A stretch of 64,000 bases of DNA from a virus (lineage: Duplodnaviria; Heunggongvirae; Uroviricota; Caudoviricetes), in the IMG/VR virus record IMGVR_UViG_3300044712_002452, positions 11,336 to 75,335 of that record; one strand, 5' to 3'. Below, one piece after another: positions 17,574-27,232 of the stretch (the first letter of the stretch is position 1; every line of letters starts with the position of its first letter). The position numbers were made by a program, and so were the translations under genes. The notes beneath the pieces are model-generated. The model was given only the letters and a program-made list of their open reading frames with translations. It did not search any database and was not told the DNA's origin.

Positions 17574-18419
17574 ATGAAAGCACCTTTATCCTATAAAACG
17601 GTAGACGCTTTGCTGGCCGATGTCAAAGATGATATGCATCGGATTTACCAGGAAGGATTTATTCAACCTTCCCAGTTGATTCGGGAAGTCATGTATATCA
17701 ACAAAGAATTGGGGTTAAAGCTACATCGACGTCGCCGGGCGGTTGTCGATATCTGCAACGGTAAAATTACCTTACCTGAAGATTTTCATTACTTGATATG
17801 TGCGCTGGCCATCAGCGATAGCTTGGTTATTGAAAGCAGCTTGGATTTACCCATTCAAGCCTATAGTGAAGATGTGCTTTTACCGGTCGGTGCTGCTCCG
17901 CCGGAAGACGCAGAACTGCGGGTCAGTGAGTGTGGTAGGCAAATACAAGTGATTGAACATAGATCTTATCAAAAAATTTGTTATCGACAGGTTCAACCCA
18001 TCAAAGTGAAAATGAGCAATGCTTGTGATCCCGGATGCTTTAATCTGCGCGTTCAATCGGATGTCGTACTGGTCGTAGGTAAAAACCATGGATCGATCAC
18101 CGGTATTCAAAACGGAACCCTTTATATCGAATACTTGGGTTCATTGGTAGATGCCGATGGAAACGTATTGGTGCCCGATGATGAAATCTTGTTGCGCTAT
18201 TACGAAAATGCGTTGAAAGTCAAAATTTTGGAAAACATGGTTTACGCCAAAGAGCCGGTAGGGGAGATGTTGAACTTGGCTATACCTAACCTGAGAATGG
18301 CGCGCAACAATGCCATCAACCGGGTGAATATGCCGGAGTATTCAGAAATCAAAGCGGTCATTCAAGCGCATCGTAAAGCTATGCACAATCGTTATTACAA
18401 AATCTTCATTCCAGCTTAA
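17574..18419 (+). CDS. Tail ring / tubular protein
   Basis: 'KITLPEDFHYL', 'IEYLGSLVDADGNVLVPD...YYENALK' motifs and position next to the muzzle gene. Confidence 0.55.
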   Translation: MKAPLSYKTVDALLADVKDDMHRIYQEGFIQPSQLIREVMYINKELGLKLHRRRRAVVDICNGKITLPEDFHYLICALAISDSLVIESSLDLPIQAYSEDVLLPVGAAPPEDAELRVSECGRQIQVIEHRSYQKICYRQVQPIKVKMSNACDPGCFNLRVQSDVVLVVGKNHGSITGIQNGTLYIEYLGSLVDADGNVLVPDDEILLRYYENALKVKILENMVYAKEPVGEMLNLAIPNLRMARNNAINRVNMPEYSEIKAVIQAHRKAMHNRYYKIFIPA

Positions 18420-18427
18420 ATTATTCT

Positions 18428-21400
18428 ATGAGCGGTCCGCAAAATACCCTGAGTGTCAATACACGCATTTTTGTTGCCGGTATGAACCGCGACACCAATG
18501 ATCATTTTAATCCGGAAAATTCATGGGTTAGCGCGATCAATGCGACACTTATTACCCATCAGGGTGATCGGGGAGCTATTGGAAACGAGCCTTCAACCAA
18601 ATTGCAATTATATTTTCCTTTACCGCCGGTTTCTTTTATTTATCGATCCGAAGGCGTATGGGTTTATTTTGGGGCCGTTGAATTTGGGGATTGTGAAATC
18701 GGTCTTTTTGATGAGCATCAAGGGGTTTATACATCTTTGGTTGTGGACCGTCGATTGGGATTTGACCCACGTTATCCCATCACGGGCGTATGTAAAGGTA
18801 ACGCCGATGGTACTACCAGCGTTTATTTTTGTGACGGGTTGAATCCGGATCGGGTGTTGAATCTGGACAACATTCCTTTTACCCGCGCTAAAAAGAAGAC
18901 TCTGCGCAATCAGCAAGATTGTGATGCACCTCAGTATACGGATAAATTAGATTTGGATGCGCTGTTGTTACACCGCAAAATCAGTTTACCTAAACTTAAA
19001 TTGCAGCAATCACCGGCGGGTGGTAATCTACCCAATGGCTCTTATCAAGTCGTAGGGGCTTATGCTATCAATGGGGTTCGGGTAACCGATTATACTTTAC
19101 CTTCTGTGATTCAACCCCTTTTTGATCATGCCAATATGGTCGGTGGTTTAGAACTATCGATTGAACAGGTGGATCTGAATTTTGATGAAATGGAGTTGGT
19201 TTTAATCACCTTTGTCAATCAGCAAGCCAGGGCGTATAAATTGGGGATTTATTCAACCCGTCAGGAAAAAATATACATTGATCAAATCAATGAGCGTTTA
19301 CCGGCTGTTGATATCAGTCGTATACCTATTCGTACGGTGGTTTATCCGCGTTCAAACCGAATGTTTTCCGTATCGGATTATCTCATTCGCAGCGGGGTGC
19401 ACATGCGGCCAGAGATCAATTATCAGCCGCAAGCCAACGAAATTCAATCTCGGTGGGTACTGGTCAAAGTGCCCAAAGATTATTATTCTAAAGGGGGTTC
19501 ACTCACCGGCTATATGCGGGATGAGAACTATTTACCCTTCATTCGCTTTGTGTATGAAACCGGAGAGCGATCCGCCGACTTTCCAATCTTCGGTCGCTCG
19601 CCCATAGCGCAGGATTTGGTGGTTAGTGGATCGGCGGATGCTTTTGAAAACCGGCTCAATGAAAGCGGAGAAGTGTTGCGTCGCTGGCAAGTAGAAAATA
19701 CGGCTACCGTTACTTCAACCCAAACCTACGAAATTGAAGAAGGGATTGTGGTGTTGGAAGGGGAGATGGGGTATCACGAAACCAAGACCCTGTTACCCGA
19801 TGATAAACCTGAAATTTACGGTAAGCTATGCGGGGCACCGGTTCGTTTACATAAAATGCCCGATGTGGATTTGGCGCCATTGATTAGTTCGGATGGAAAC
19901 CATATTCAACTTTTAGCCTGGAAGTTTGAAAATATTCATTACCCCTTGGATCGGAATAGAAATCCTGTGCCCGGGGTAGTGGGTTATGAAATTGTAAGAG
20001 CCAGCCGCAACGGGCAGGCGACGATCCTGGCAAAAGGTATGCTCAACCATACGGGTGTGTACAAACCGGATAATGGTATTGATGGATCCAAAGGGTTATA
20101 TCCTAATTTTCCATTGAACGATTTGAGGCCCAATGCCTATTTGAGTGCTCAAGAAGTAAAAGGCGGGTGTCAGGCTAAAGGGTTTGCGCCGTTGGATGAA
20201 TTTTCGTCTTCGCTGCTTACGTTTCATTCACCTGATACGCAGTTCACTCATCCTTTTCTCAATGTAAGCGAACTGAAAATTAGCGCTGAGCTGCAGGGTA
20301 CATCCCGAGGTTATTTTGAACCGGTGCAAGGGCATCCCAAACAAAAACTGCTTCGAGATTTTGCGCTCTTGATTGGCGGTATGGTCGGAGCGGGTACCGG
20401 GCTGGTAGCCATTAGGGGTAAAAAGATTACCCGTCGGGTTGGTCCGAAAGGGATCAATTTGGGTCAGGTAGGAACGACTACTACGGCAGCGGCTTCGGCC
20501 GGGGCTGCATCGGTGTCCAGTTATTATGTAGGATCCGCACTCAAAGGTATTTTTGGAACGGTGGATAGTATCACCGGAGGCGCGATAAATTCAGCGATGG
20601 ATGCGGTTCAAAATATTTTTAACCCCAGTTATCTCACTTCTACGGCTCCCGGTGTAATTGGCGGCGGCACAGACGTAGATCAGGAAGAAAGTGCGGTAGG
20701 GGCTTTGCCAGCGCCTTTGAGAATTTTAGGGGGTACGTTTTTGTTCTCTTACTTTTTTGCAAAAGGAACAGAAGAAGCCATTCGTATTATTCGCAACCTG
20801 ATTCCGGCACAAGACTTTGCTTGGCAGTATAATTGCCATGGGCATTATCATACCTTTGCGCCAGCGCGCGCCGGCTTTAAGCGACGTAAAATTCAAGATA
20901 GCGTTTATTTGGAACCCCAGGTTCAGGACTTTGCCGGCTACCGGGTAAACAATTTGTATCGCTCACGCAGCGTAATTCTATCGCTGGAACAAGAAGTGGG
21001 AAATCCTTTATTGCAGGATCAATCCCGAACCACTATTGGCGAACAAGGTCAGTGGAGCAATCCCAAAAAACCTGTGACCGCCAACACCAGCGCTTTTTAC
21101 GGATCGCTTAAAAGAACCTTACTCAATCAATACGGTACACCTGAAAGCTGTGTATTGCAGCCTGTCAGCATTGGCCCCACGCCGATCGGTGTCGGTAAGC
21201 CGGTGGTAAGCCCGGTATTATTTGGCGGAGACGTTTATATCAATCGTTATACCGAAAAAAATAGTTTCTGTCTATTCAATCGTTGGTTGGACAAGAATTT
21301 TCCAGCTTCCACGGAGTTTAATTATCGGGATTACTACAATGTAGCTTTTCCGCGTTTTTGGATGGATTCAACGGAATACGATTTTAACCGGTTAAGCAGT

Positions 21401-23164
21401 AGCTTAATTCGATTGAACTTTAAAACCGATGTTTTACCCAATGACTTTGCCCAGCTCGATCGCCGCAAATCGGATTGTAATAGCAAAATCAGTTTTGGCA
21501 TCCAGGATGCTTATATGTATTTGTTCGTAAATGGGGTGCGGGATTTTTGGGTAGAAAGCACTATCAATGTGGCTCATCGGGATTGGGAAGACACGCCGGC
21601 AAAAAGGCATTATGATCCAGCGCGGTATTCAAACCTGTCTGAACTGTTTGCTGAACCTGTGATTAAGTCAGGAAATCATTTTAAATATGATTTTTCACTT
21701 AGCCTGAACCGGCATTATAATGCTTTTGTTTCTTGGGGCGGTATGTTGCCACGGAGCTTTAATCGGACATTGGTGGATAAGCAAGCTTCTTTTCCGAAAC
21801 GGTTGATTTATTCTTTACCGCAGCCGGAAGAATTTATCAAAGATCAATGGCGTGTATTCCTGGCCAACAACTATAAAGATTTTGATAGTGAAGTAGTCAA
21901 AGTGCAGCCGACAGGTCAGCGCGGAGCCATGATTTTTATGAAAGCGCATGCTCCATTGGTATTTGCGGGTATCGAACAACTTAGTACCGATAATGGTACC
22001 AAAATCACCATCGGCGACGGAGAACTGTTTGCTCAAACCGACAGTCCAATATCCAATGCTGATGATGTGTATGCTTATGGAGCTTGTCAAGACGGTCGTT
22101 CGGTAATCAATACCCCGTTGGGATTGTTTTGGGTTAGTGCTCGTTCTGGAAAAATATTCAGGTTTACCGGCAACGCTGAGCCGATTGTGAAAAAAGGAAT
22201 GCAGCAATGGTTTAATCAACATTTACCTTTTAAGCTTTTGCAGGATTTCCCGCAGTTTTCTTATACTGATAATCCGGTAGCGGGTATCGGCATTCAATCG
22301 GTTTACGATCCGCAATACGAAATCGTATATTTTAGTAAGCGAGATTACCGGGTACGTCCGGAATACAAAAAAAGGATTAGCTTTAAAGACGGTCAGTTTG
22401 TATTAGATGATCGGGCCAAAATTTTATTGACCAACGATCTTTATTTTGAAGATGCTTCGTTTACGGTTTCGTTTGCTGCAGATGCAGATATGTGGGTAAG
22501 TTATCACGATTGGCATCCTTCTTTGGTACTGGCCGGCGATCAGCATTTTACCACAATAGCCAAAAACGCAGCTTGGAAACACAATGTTCGTTATGATTCA
22601 TTCTGTAATTTCTACAATGACGATTTCCCATTTGAGGTGGAATACGTCATCAACAACGCCCAAACCGTATCGGTGCTTAAAAGTCTGGAATACCACATGG
22701 AGTGTTTCAGGTATTATGGTGATGGAAGCGAGCAGCACCATGTATTAGATCATAATTTTGACCGGGCACAAATCTATAATTCTGAACAGCATTCAGGTTT
22801 GCTGAAGTTATACAATCGGGTTAAGCGAGATCCGTTTTCACTTTTGGACCGGCCGGCCATTAATATCCATGCCGTTGACACCACGTATAGCAAAGAAGAA
22901 AATAAGTATCGGATCAATCAATTTTTTGATTTGGTGCGTACACGCTCTGAGTTTAACAGTAAGTATATTCCGCTTTGGGAAACTGAAGCCAATGGGTATC
23001 GTAAAATAGTCAATCCGGAAGCTATTGAATACAGTAAATCCGCTTTGGAAAGAAAACGTTTTCGACACAAAAACACCCGGGTCGTGCTTACACGCTTAAA
23101 TAGCGGATCGGTTAAAATGTTGCTGGCCATTGTAAATGCTAAACAAAGCGTATCTTTTAGATAA
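18428..23164 (+). CDS. Tail muzzle/stabilisation protein (P22 gp10-like, crAss-like)
   Basis: 1578 aa. N-terminal 'F.AGMNRD...NATL.T..GD.G.I.NE', 'YFCDG.NPDR.LN' and C-terminal 'WVSYHDWHP', 'SFCNFY..FPFEVEY' beta-propeller-type motifs. Confidence 0.7.
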   Translation: MSGPQNTLSVNTRIFVAGMNRDTNDHFNPENSWVSAINATLITHQGDRGAIGNEPSTKLQLYFPLPPVSFIYRSEGVWVYFGAVEFGDCEIGLFDEHQGVYTSLVVDRRLGFDPRYPITGVCKGNADGTTSVYFCDGLNPDRVLNLDNIPFTRAKKKTLRNQQDCDAPQYTDKLDLDALLLHRKISLPKLKLQQSPAGGNLPNGSYQVVGAYAINGVRVTDYTLPSVIQPLFDHANMVGGLELSIEQVDLNFDEMELVLITFVNQQARAYKLGIYSTRQEKIYIDQINERLPAVDISRIPIRTVVYPRSNRMFSVSDYLIRSGVHMRPEINYQPQANEIQSRWVLVKVPKDYYSKGGSLTGYMRDENYLPFIRFVYETGERSADFPIFGRSPIAQDLVVSGSADAFENRLNESGEVLRRWQVENTATVTSTQTYEIEEGIVVLEGEMGYHETKTLLPDDKPEIYGKLCGAPVRLHKMPDVDLAPLISSDGNHIQLLAWKFENIHYPLDRNRNPVPGVVGYEIVRASRNGQATILAKGMLNHTGVYKPDNGIDGSKGLYPNFPLNDLRPNAYLSAQEVKGGCQAKGFAPLDEFSSSLLTFHSPDTQFTHPFLNVSELKISAELQGTSRGYFEPVQGHPKQKLLRDFALLIGGMVGAGTGLVAIRGKKITRRVGPKGINLGQVGTTTTAAASAGAASVSSYYVGSALKGIFGTVDSITGGAINSAMDAVQNIFNPSYLTSTAPGVIGGGTDVDQEESAVGALPAPLRILGGTFLFSYFFAKGTEEAIRIIRNLIPAQDFAWQYNCHGHYHTFAPARAGFKRRKIQDSVYLEPQVQDFAGYRVNNLYRSRSVILSLEQEVGNPLLQDQSRTTIGEQGQWSNPKKPVTANTSAFYGSLKRTLLNQYGTPESCVLQPVSIGPTPIGVGKPVVSPVLFGGDVYINRYTEKNSFCLFNRWLDKNFPASTEFNYRDYYNVAFPRFWMDSTEYDFNRLSSSLIRLNFKTDVLPNDFAQLDRRKSDCNSKISFGIQDAYMYLFVNGVRDFWVESTINVAHRDWEDTPAKRHYDPARYSNLSELFAEPVIKSGNHFKYDFSLSLNRHYNAFVSWGGMLPRSFNRTLVDKQASFPKRLIYSLPQPEEFIKDQWRVFLANNYKDFDSEVVKVQPTGQRGAMIFMKAHAPLVFAGIEQLSTDNGTKITIGDGELFAQTDSPISNADDVYAYGACQDGRSVINTPLGLFWVSARSGKIFRFTGNAEPIVKKGMQQWFNQHLPFKLLQDFPQFSYTDNPVAGIGIQSVYDPQYEIVYFSKRDYRVRPEYKKRISFKDGQFVLDDRAKILLTNDLYFEDASFTVSFAADADMWVSYHDWHPSLVLAGDQHFTTIAKNAAWKHNVRYDSFCNFYNDDFPFEVEYVINNAQTVSVLKSLEYHMECFRYYGDGSEQHHVLDHNFDRAQIYNSEQHSGLLKLYNRVKRDPFSLLDRPAINIHAVDTTYSKEENKYRINQFFDLVRTRSEFNSKYIPLWETEANGYRKIVNPEAIEYSKSALERKRFRHKNTRVVLTRLNSGSVKMLLAIVNAKQSVSFR

Positions 23165-23181
23165 GCACACTTCTTAATTAT

Positions 23182-24867
23182 ATGAATAAAAATATTACCG
23201 GTACGGCGCCTGATTTTGCGGCTTTTTTCACCAAGAAGTTTCGGAGTTCAGAACCTTTTTTGGGAGTAATGCCGCCTTTCTTGTCACCGGATATGGATGG
23301 CACTTCAGATGGATTAAAGCCTGCGGTATGGAATCCAGGTCTGCAATCTGTTCCCCGTAATCCGATTGTTGTAGGGCCGGGTAAAATTCAGTTGGGTTCA
23401 AACGAAATGCAAACTTTTCGTAGACCCAATCCTGGAGGGGCCGCTGTTATAAACACCGGTTTAGGATTTATAGAAAACCTCAGTCGGGATGAAGACGCTG
23501 ATGATTTGGCGGTTTTCCGCACAGATCGATACGCTACACTTGTAACCGGAAATCGGGGCGATTATACTCAAAACGAAGGGTTTTTCAAACCGGATCAATA
23601 TACACCTACCCAATTTCGAGGTCAAGCTGAAATGGGCATGGACTTTACGCAGGGTATGAGTTTAATTCCAGAAAACCTATCGGTAAATTACGATACGGTG
23701 GACTTGGAAGCCGATAAAGCTTTGATGGGCATGCGCTCTATTCCAACGACCTTAGAAGATATGGTAGCTACTATGCCCGAAGAGATTCGGGCCGATGCGC
23801 CGGCTGCCAAAGAACGGGCGGCGGTATCGATCAAATTAAAAGGTCGCATGATGGATCGAGCCAAAGCAGCCTACGAATATTATGTACAACAAAAGGGGTT
23901 ACCGCCACACGTAGCTGCCGGCATTGTGGGGAATCTGGCTCACGAGTCAGGTATGAATCCAATGATTCACGAATCGGGTAATACCGGAGAAGGTCGGGCT
24001 TTGGCTCAATGGGGGGTTAATGCGCGGTATAAAGATTTGCAAGCCTGGGCAAAAGCCAAAGGTCGGGATGTAAACGATATGTACACTCAGCTTGATTTTA
24101 TTTTGGAAGAGCCAGGGTGGTCCAAAAAAGCGTTGGATGCCATGAGTAAAACCAAAACGCCGGAAGAAGCGGCCATGGCTTTTGCACAGAAATATGAACG
24201 CCCCAATGAAAAATTTGCTCATTACGATAAGCGACAAGCCTACGCTCGTCAGTTGCTACCGGAGATGAATGATGGGGGTGAAGTGCCGGATTTATATTCC
24301 GTAGTCAATGCTGTTGATGTAGAAGGAGATCCCGAGAAACCAAAAAAGCCGGCACCCGCACCCGCTCGTCCGCCGGTATGGAGTGATGATATTTACAAAG
24401 CCAATGCGGCGATGTTGTATTATAAAGAAACCCTGAATAAAAAACTGCGTGAAAAAGACCCGGCGGCTTATGATAATTACATGAAACGGTTAGGGGAGTT
24501 AAGAAAAATGGCTAGTGCGGAAGAAGTACAAAAATTCGTTCAAGAAAATGATTTCAATACTTATCTCTCACCAGAGGACGTGCGCAGTACGCTGGGTGAT
24601 AAGTATGAAAACTATCTTTCCAGTATTGATGTGATCAACAAAAATAATTTGAAGTACAATCGACCCCGTTTGTATGGAGAAATTGAAGGTGAGCAACAGT
24701 TGGATCAATTAAACTACGGTCGACGTTTTGCTTCATTGCCGGTAAACCCCAGTTTCGTAGTCAATGACAATGGTCGGATGTATGAGCGTAACTACATTTT
24801 CAATCCCGATACAGGTAAAGTGGGATACGTAGAAAAAGGGGATGTCCAGTTAAGACCTCGATATTAA
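23182..24867 (+). CDS. Ejection/cargo protein with phage tail lysozyme domain
   Basis: 'GLPPHVAAGIVGNLAHESGMNP...ALAQW...YTQLDFILEE...AMAFAQKYERP' matches the Phage_lysozyme2-type pattern. Confidence 0.8.
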   Translation: MNKNITGTAPDFAAFFTKKFRSSEPFLGVMPPFLSPDMDGTSDGLKPAVWNPGLQSVPRNPIVVGPGKIQLGSNEMQTFRRPNPGGAAVINTGLGFIENLSRDEDADDLAVFRTDRYATLVTGNRGDYTQNEGFFKPDQYTPTQFRGQAEMGMDFTQGMSLIPENLSVNYDTVDLEADKALMGMRSIPTTLEDMVATMPEEIRADAPAAKERAAVSIKLKGRMMDRAKAAYEYYVQQKGLPPHVAAGIVGNLAHESGMNPMIHESGNTGEGRALAQWGVNARYKDLQAWAKAKGRDVNDMYTQLDFILEEPGWSKKALDAMSKTKTPEEAAMAFAQKYERPNEKFAHYDKRQAYARQLLPEMNDGGEVPDLYSVVNAVDVEGDPEKPKKPAPAPARPPVWSDDIYKANAAMLYYKETLNKKLREKDPAAYDNYMKRLGELRKMASAEEVQKFVQENDFNTYLSPEDVRSTLGDKYENYLSSIDVINKNNLKYNRPRLYGEIEGEQQLDQLNYGRRFASLPVNPSFVVNDNGRMYERNYIFNPDTGKVGYVEKGDVQLRPRY

Positions 24868-24900
24868 GCGGAATTTAAAGTTTATCGCAGGCAAGCGTAA

Positions 24901-24914
24901 TTTTTCGTAAATTA
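24901..24914 (+). promoter_or_regulatory. TCGTA-type promoter-like motif (TTTTTCGTAAATTA)
   Basis: Intergenic, 7 nt upstream of the ATG at 24922. Confidence 0.45.
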
Positions 24915-24921
24915 AAGATGT

Positions 24922-27081
24922 ATGGCAACCAAGAAAATTATCCGCACAGGCACTCAAGTCGATTATGCAATGCATCCAGGCGACGCTTTTCCGCATTCGG
25001 GAAAGTCTTGTTCTGATAAAGTGGATATTTATGCGGTCACCCATACCATTGGTCCAGTGGATCGGGATCAAGCCAACGTAGAAGCTGAGCGGGGAGAAGT
25101 ATTGGTTGCCGATATGGATCAAGATGGTCAATTGGAAAGCTTTACGATAACCGGTAAATCCCACGGAAAAGGGGGAACCCCGTTGGCTGTTCCAAAAGGG
25201 GGCTTTATTTTTTCCAATGCTGATGAGTTAAAATTGAAAGGAAAGATCCTGGCGCAGTTGGGTAAAAAAGAAGATAGCAAAAAGGGATACACGCCGTCGG
25301 AAATCGCTAAAGATTTATCGCTCAATGACCATAAAGCCATTCTGGTCAATCCTAATTCAGATGCTTTATCCAAGCAAACCGCTGAGCTTATGATTAGCCG
25401 CAAACAGGAATTGTTGGCTAAACTGGCCCATCTGCAGGAAGGTATGAAAGGTTTTCCCAATGGTGTTCCCGAATTGGTAAACGAAGAAGATGCCATTCCG
25501 ATTATGGCTTTGGGTGGATTGATTACGGCTTATGGCGGTTATTATAATATGGGTGGAGATCCTGAAAAACCGGTTAAGCGTAAAGTGGGTACTTTTGTTG
25601 GGTTTGGTGGCGGTAGTGGAGGCGGTGGTGGAGCCAGCGCCAGAAATGTGATGATGGCGGCCAGTGAGAAGCGACTCAAACAAATCGGTGCGGGAAAACC
25701 GTATGTCTTTTCGGGAAATCCTCAAGCCGGGGATATAGCCAATTATCCAGGTGTAAAGAAAATGATTATCGATAAACCGATTGAAAAAAACGAATCGTCT
25801 GATTGGAATTTTCCGGCATTACCCTCTATAGAAGAGTTGAAGTCTATTTTCCGCAATTATTTTCAGCGAGAAGAACCCGTTGCGGTAAATAGTGAATTCA
25901 AAGGTTTTGAAGGGGGTACGGGTGGGGGAGCCGGTGCCAGCGGGGTCATTCCCAAAGATCCGACTTTGCTTACTTTACCGCCCGATACGGTTCGGGATGA
26001 TGAAGGCTTGTCTATTATGGATTGGGTTTTGCGTCCTACGGAAACGGATCAAGTACGTCCGCCGGTGGAAAAAAAGCCACTGGTTCCAGCGACCGTAAAA
26101 GGGCCTAGACCGTCATTAATTGTTCGCCAAGGTAGACCTTCGGCAGCGATTGATCCCGGTGTAAAAGCGGCGGCTGCACAGAAGTCGGCACCTGAAACTC
26201 AAAATGAATCTTCTACGGCATCCAGTCAAACGGTATCTTCTCAGGTATCTCCGGACGATACGGCTAAATGGTGGTTGCAAGACGTATTGAACAATGCCGG
26301 TACTTTGAGCAATCGACTCAATATTACACGGGTCAATCCACAATTAATGGATATCGAAGATCCGTATATTCCGGCACCAACCTTTTTTGATAACACCCGT
26401 CAGGTAGCGGCTGTTCAGGAAGCGGCTGCTCAACAAATGGATGGGGCTGAAGGTTATGTTGGAGCTCAACGTCAGCGGGCGGTCGGCGCGTCCATTCAAG
26501 GTCAAGCTGCTGCACAGGTAGCCAATGTGATTGGGCAAACGGCCAATCAAAACGTGGGTATCGATAATCAATTCTCGGGTATGGAAGCGCAAGCCGTTCA
26601 GCAAACCAAAGCGGCCAAAGCTGAAATGCGGAAGCGTTTCTTGGATGAGTCTGCCATCGGTGAACAGCAATATCGCAACGCCATCGCGCAAGCCAACGCC
26701 CAGGTATTGGGTCAATTCAACAACGGTGTAACCAATGCGCAAAAGACTTTCTGGCTTAATAAAATGAACGATAGTTTTTCTATCGATCCGATGACTGGTA
26801 AGATTGTTTTCAAAAAAGGAAAACAGGTAGATACTACCAAAAAGTCCGAAAGTGAAATAGATCAACAGGTAGCGCAAATGGCTAACGCTTATTCCAAACT
26901 GATTGCTTCTATGAGTCCGGAAACAGCCGCTTCACTTGTCAAAAGTATGTTTAAAGGTGAAGATGGGGGTGAAACCCGCAGCCGCGTAAACACCAACACC
27001 AAAGGTGAATTGAGTGGTTCGGTAGTCCATCCCGGTATCAATGATTACTTAGGTAGCATGATTCCGTTTTTACCTCGATAA
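24922..27081 (+). CDS. Ejection/cargo protein (crAss-like)
   Basis: 'ANVEAERGEV', 'GKSHGKGGTPL..P.G.FIFS' and 'KQTAELM...L..LA.LQE.MKGFPNGVP' resemble crAss-like cargo proteins. Gln/Ala-rich helical C-terminus. Confidence 0.6.
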   Translation: MATKKIIRTGTQVDYAMHPGDAFPHSGKSCSDKVDIYAVTHTIGPVDRDQANVEAERGEVLVADMDQDGQLESFTITGKSHGKGGTPLAVPKGGFIFSNADELKLKGKILAQLGKKEDSKKGYTPSEIAKDLSLNDHKAILVNPNSDALSKQTAELMISRKQELLAKLAHLQEGMKGFPNGVPELVNEEDAIPIMALGGLITAYGGYYNMGGDPEKPVKRKVGTFVGFGGGSGGGGGASARNVMMAASEKRLKQIGAGKPYVFSGNPQAGDIANYPGVKKMIIDKPIEKNESSDWNFPALPSIEELKSIFRNYFQREEPVAVNSEFKGFEGGTGGGAGASGVIPKDPTLLTLPPDTVRDDEGLSIMDWVLRPTETDQVRPPVEKKPLVPATVKGPRPSLIVRQGRPSAAIDPGVKAAAAQKSAPETQNESSTASSQTVSSQVSPDDTAKWWLQDVLNNAGTLSNRLNITRVNPQLMDIEDPYIPAPTFFDNTRQVAAVQEAAAQQMDGAEGYVGAQRQRAVGASIQGQAAAQVANVIGQTANQNVGIDNQFSGMEAQAVQQTKAAKAEMRKRFLDESAIGEQQYRNAIAQANAQVLGQFNNGVTNAQKTFWLNKMNDSFSIDPMTGKIVFKKGKQVDTTKKSESEIDQQVAQMANAYSKLIASMSPETAASLVKSMFKGEDGGETRSRVNTNTKGELSGSVVHPGINDYLGSMIPFLPR

Positions 27082-27112
27082 AATTCCCTGTTTTTATAGG
27101 TATATAATATTT

Positions 27113-27149
27113 GTTTAGGATGTATATTTTATAGATATATATCCTAAAC
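27113..27149. other. AT-rich inverted repeat (15-bp arms, one G-U, 7-nt loop)
   Basis: GTTTAGGATGTATAT-TTTATAG-ATATATATCCTAAAC. Confidence 0.6.
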
Positions 27150-27182
27150 TTTATCTATTTAATCTACAAATGGCGTAGAAAT

Positions 27183-27197
27183 AATTCGTATTTTTAT
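27183..27197 (+). promoter_or_regulatory. TCGTA-type promoter-like motif (AATTCGTATTTTTAT)
   Basis: Intergenic, upstream of the ATG at 27233 that heads the giant-gene operon. Confidence 0.45.
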
Positions 27198-27232
27198 AAT
27201 GCGCCGATAGCCTATAAAAACTTTCATTTCCT

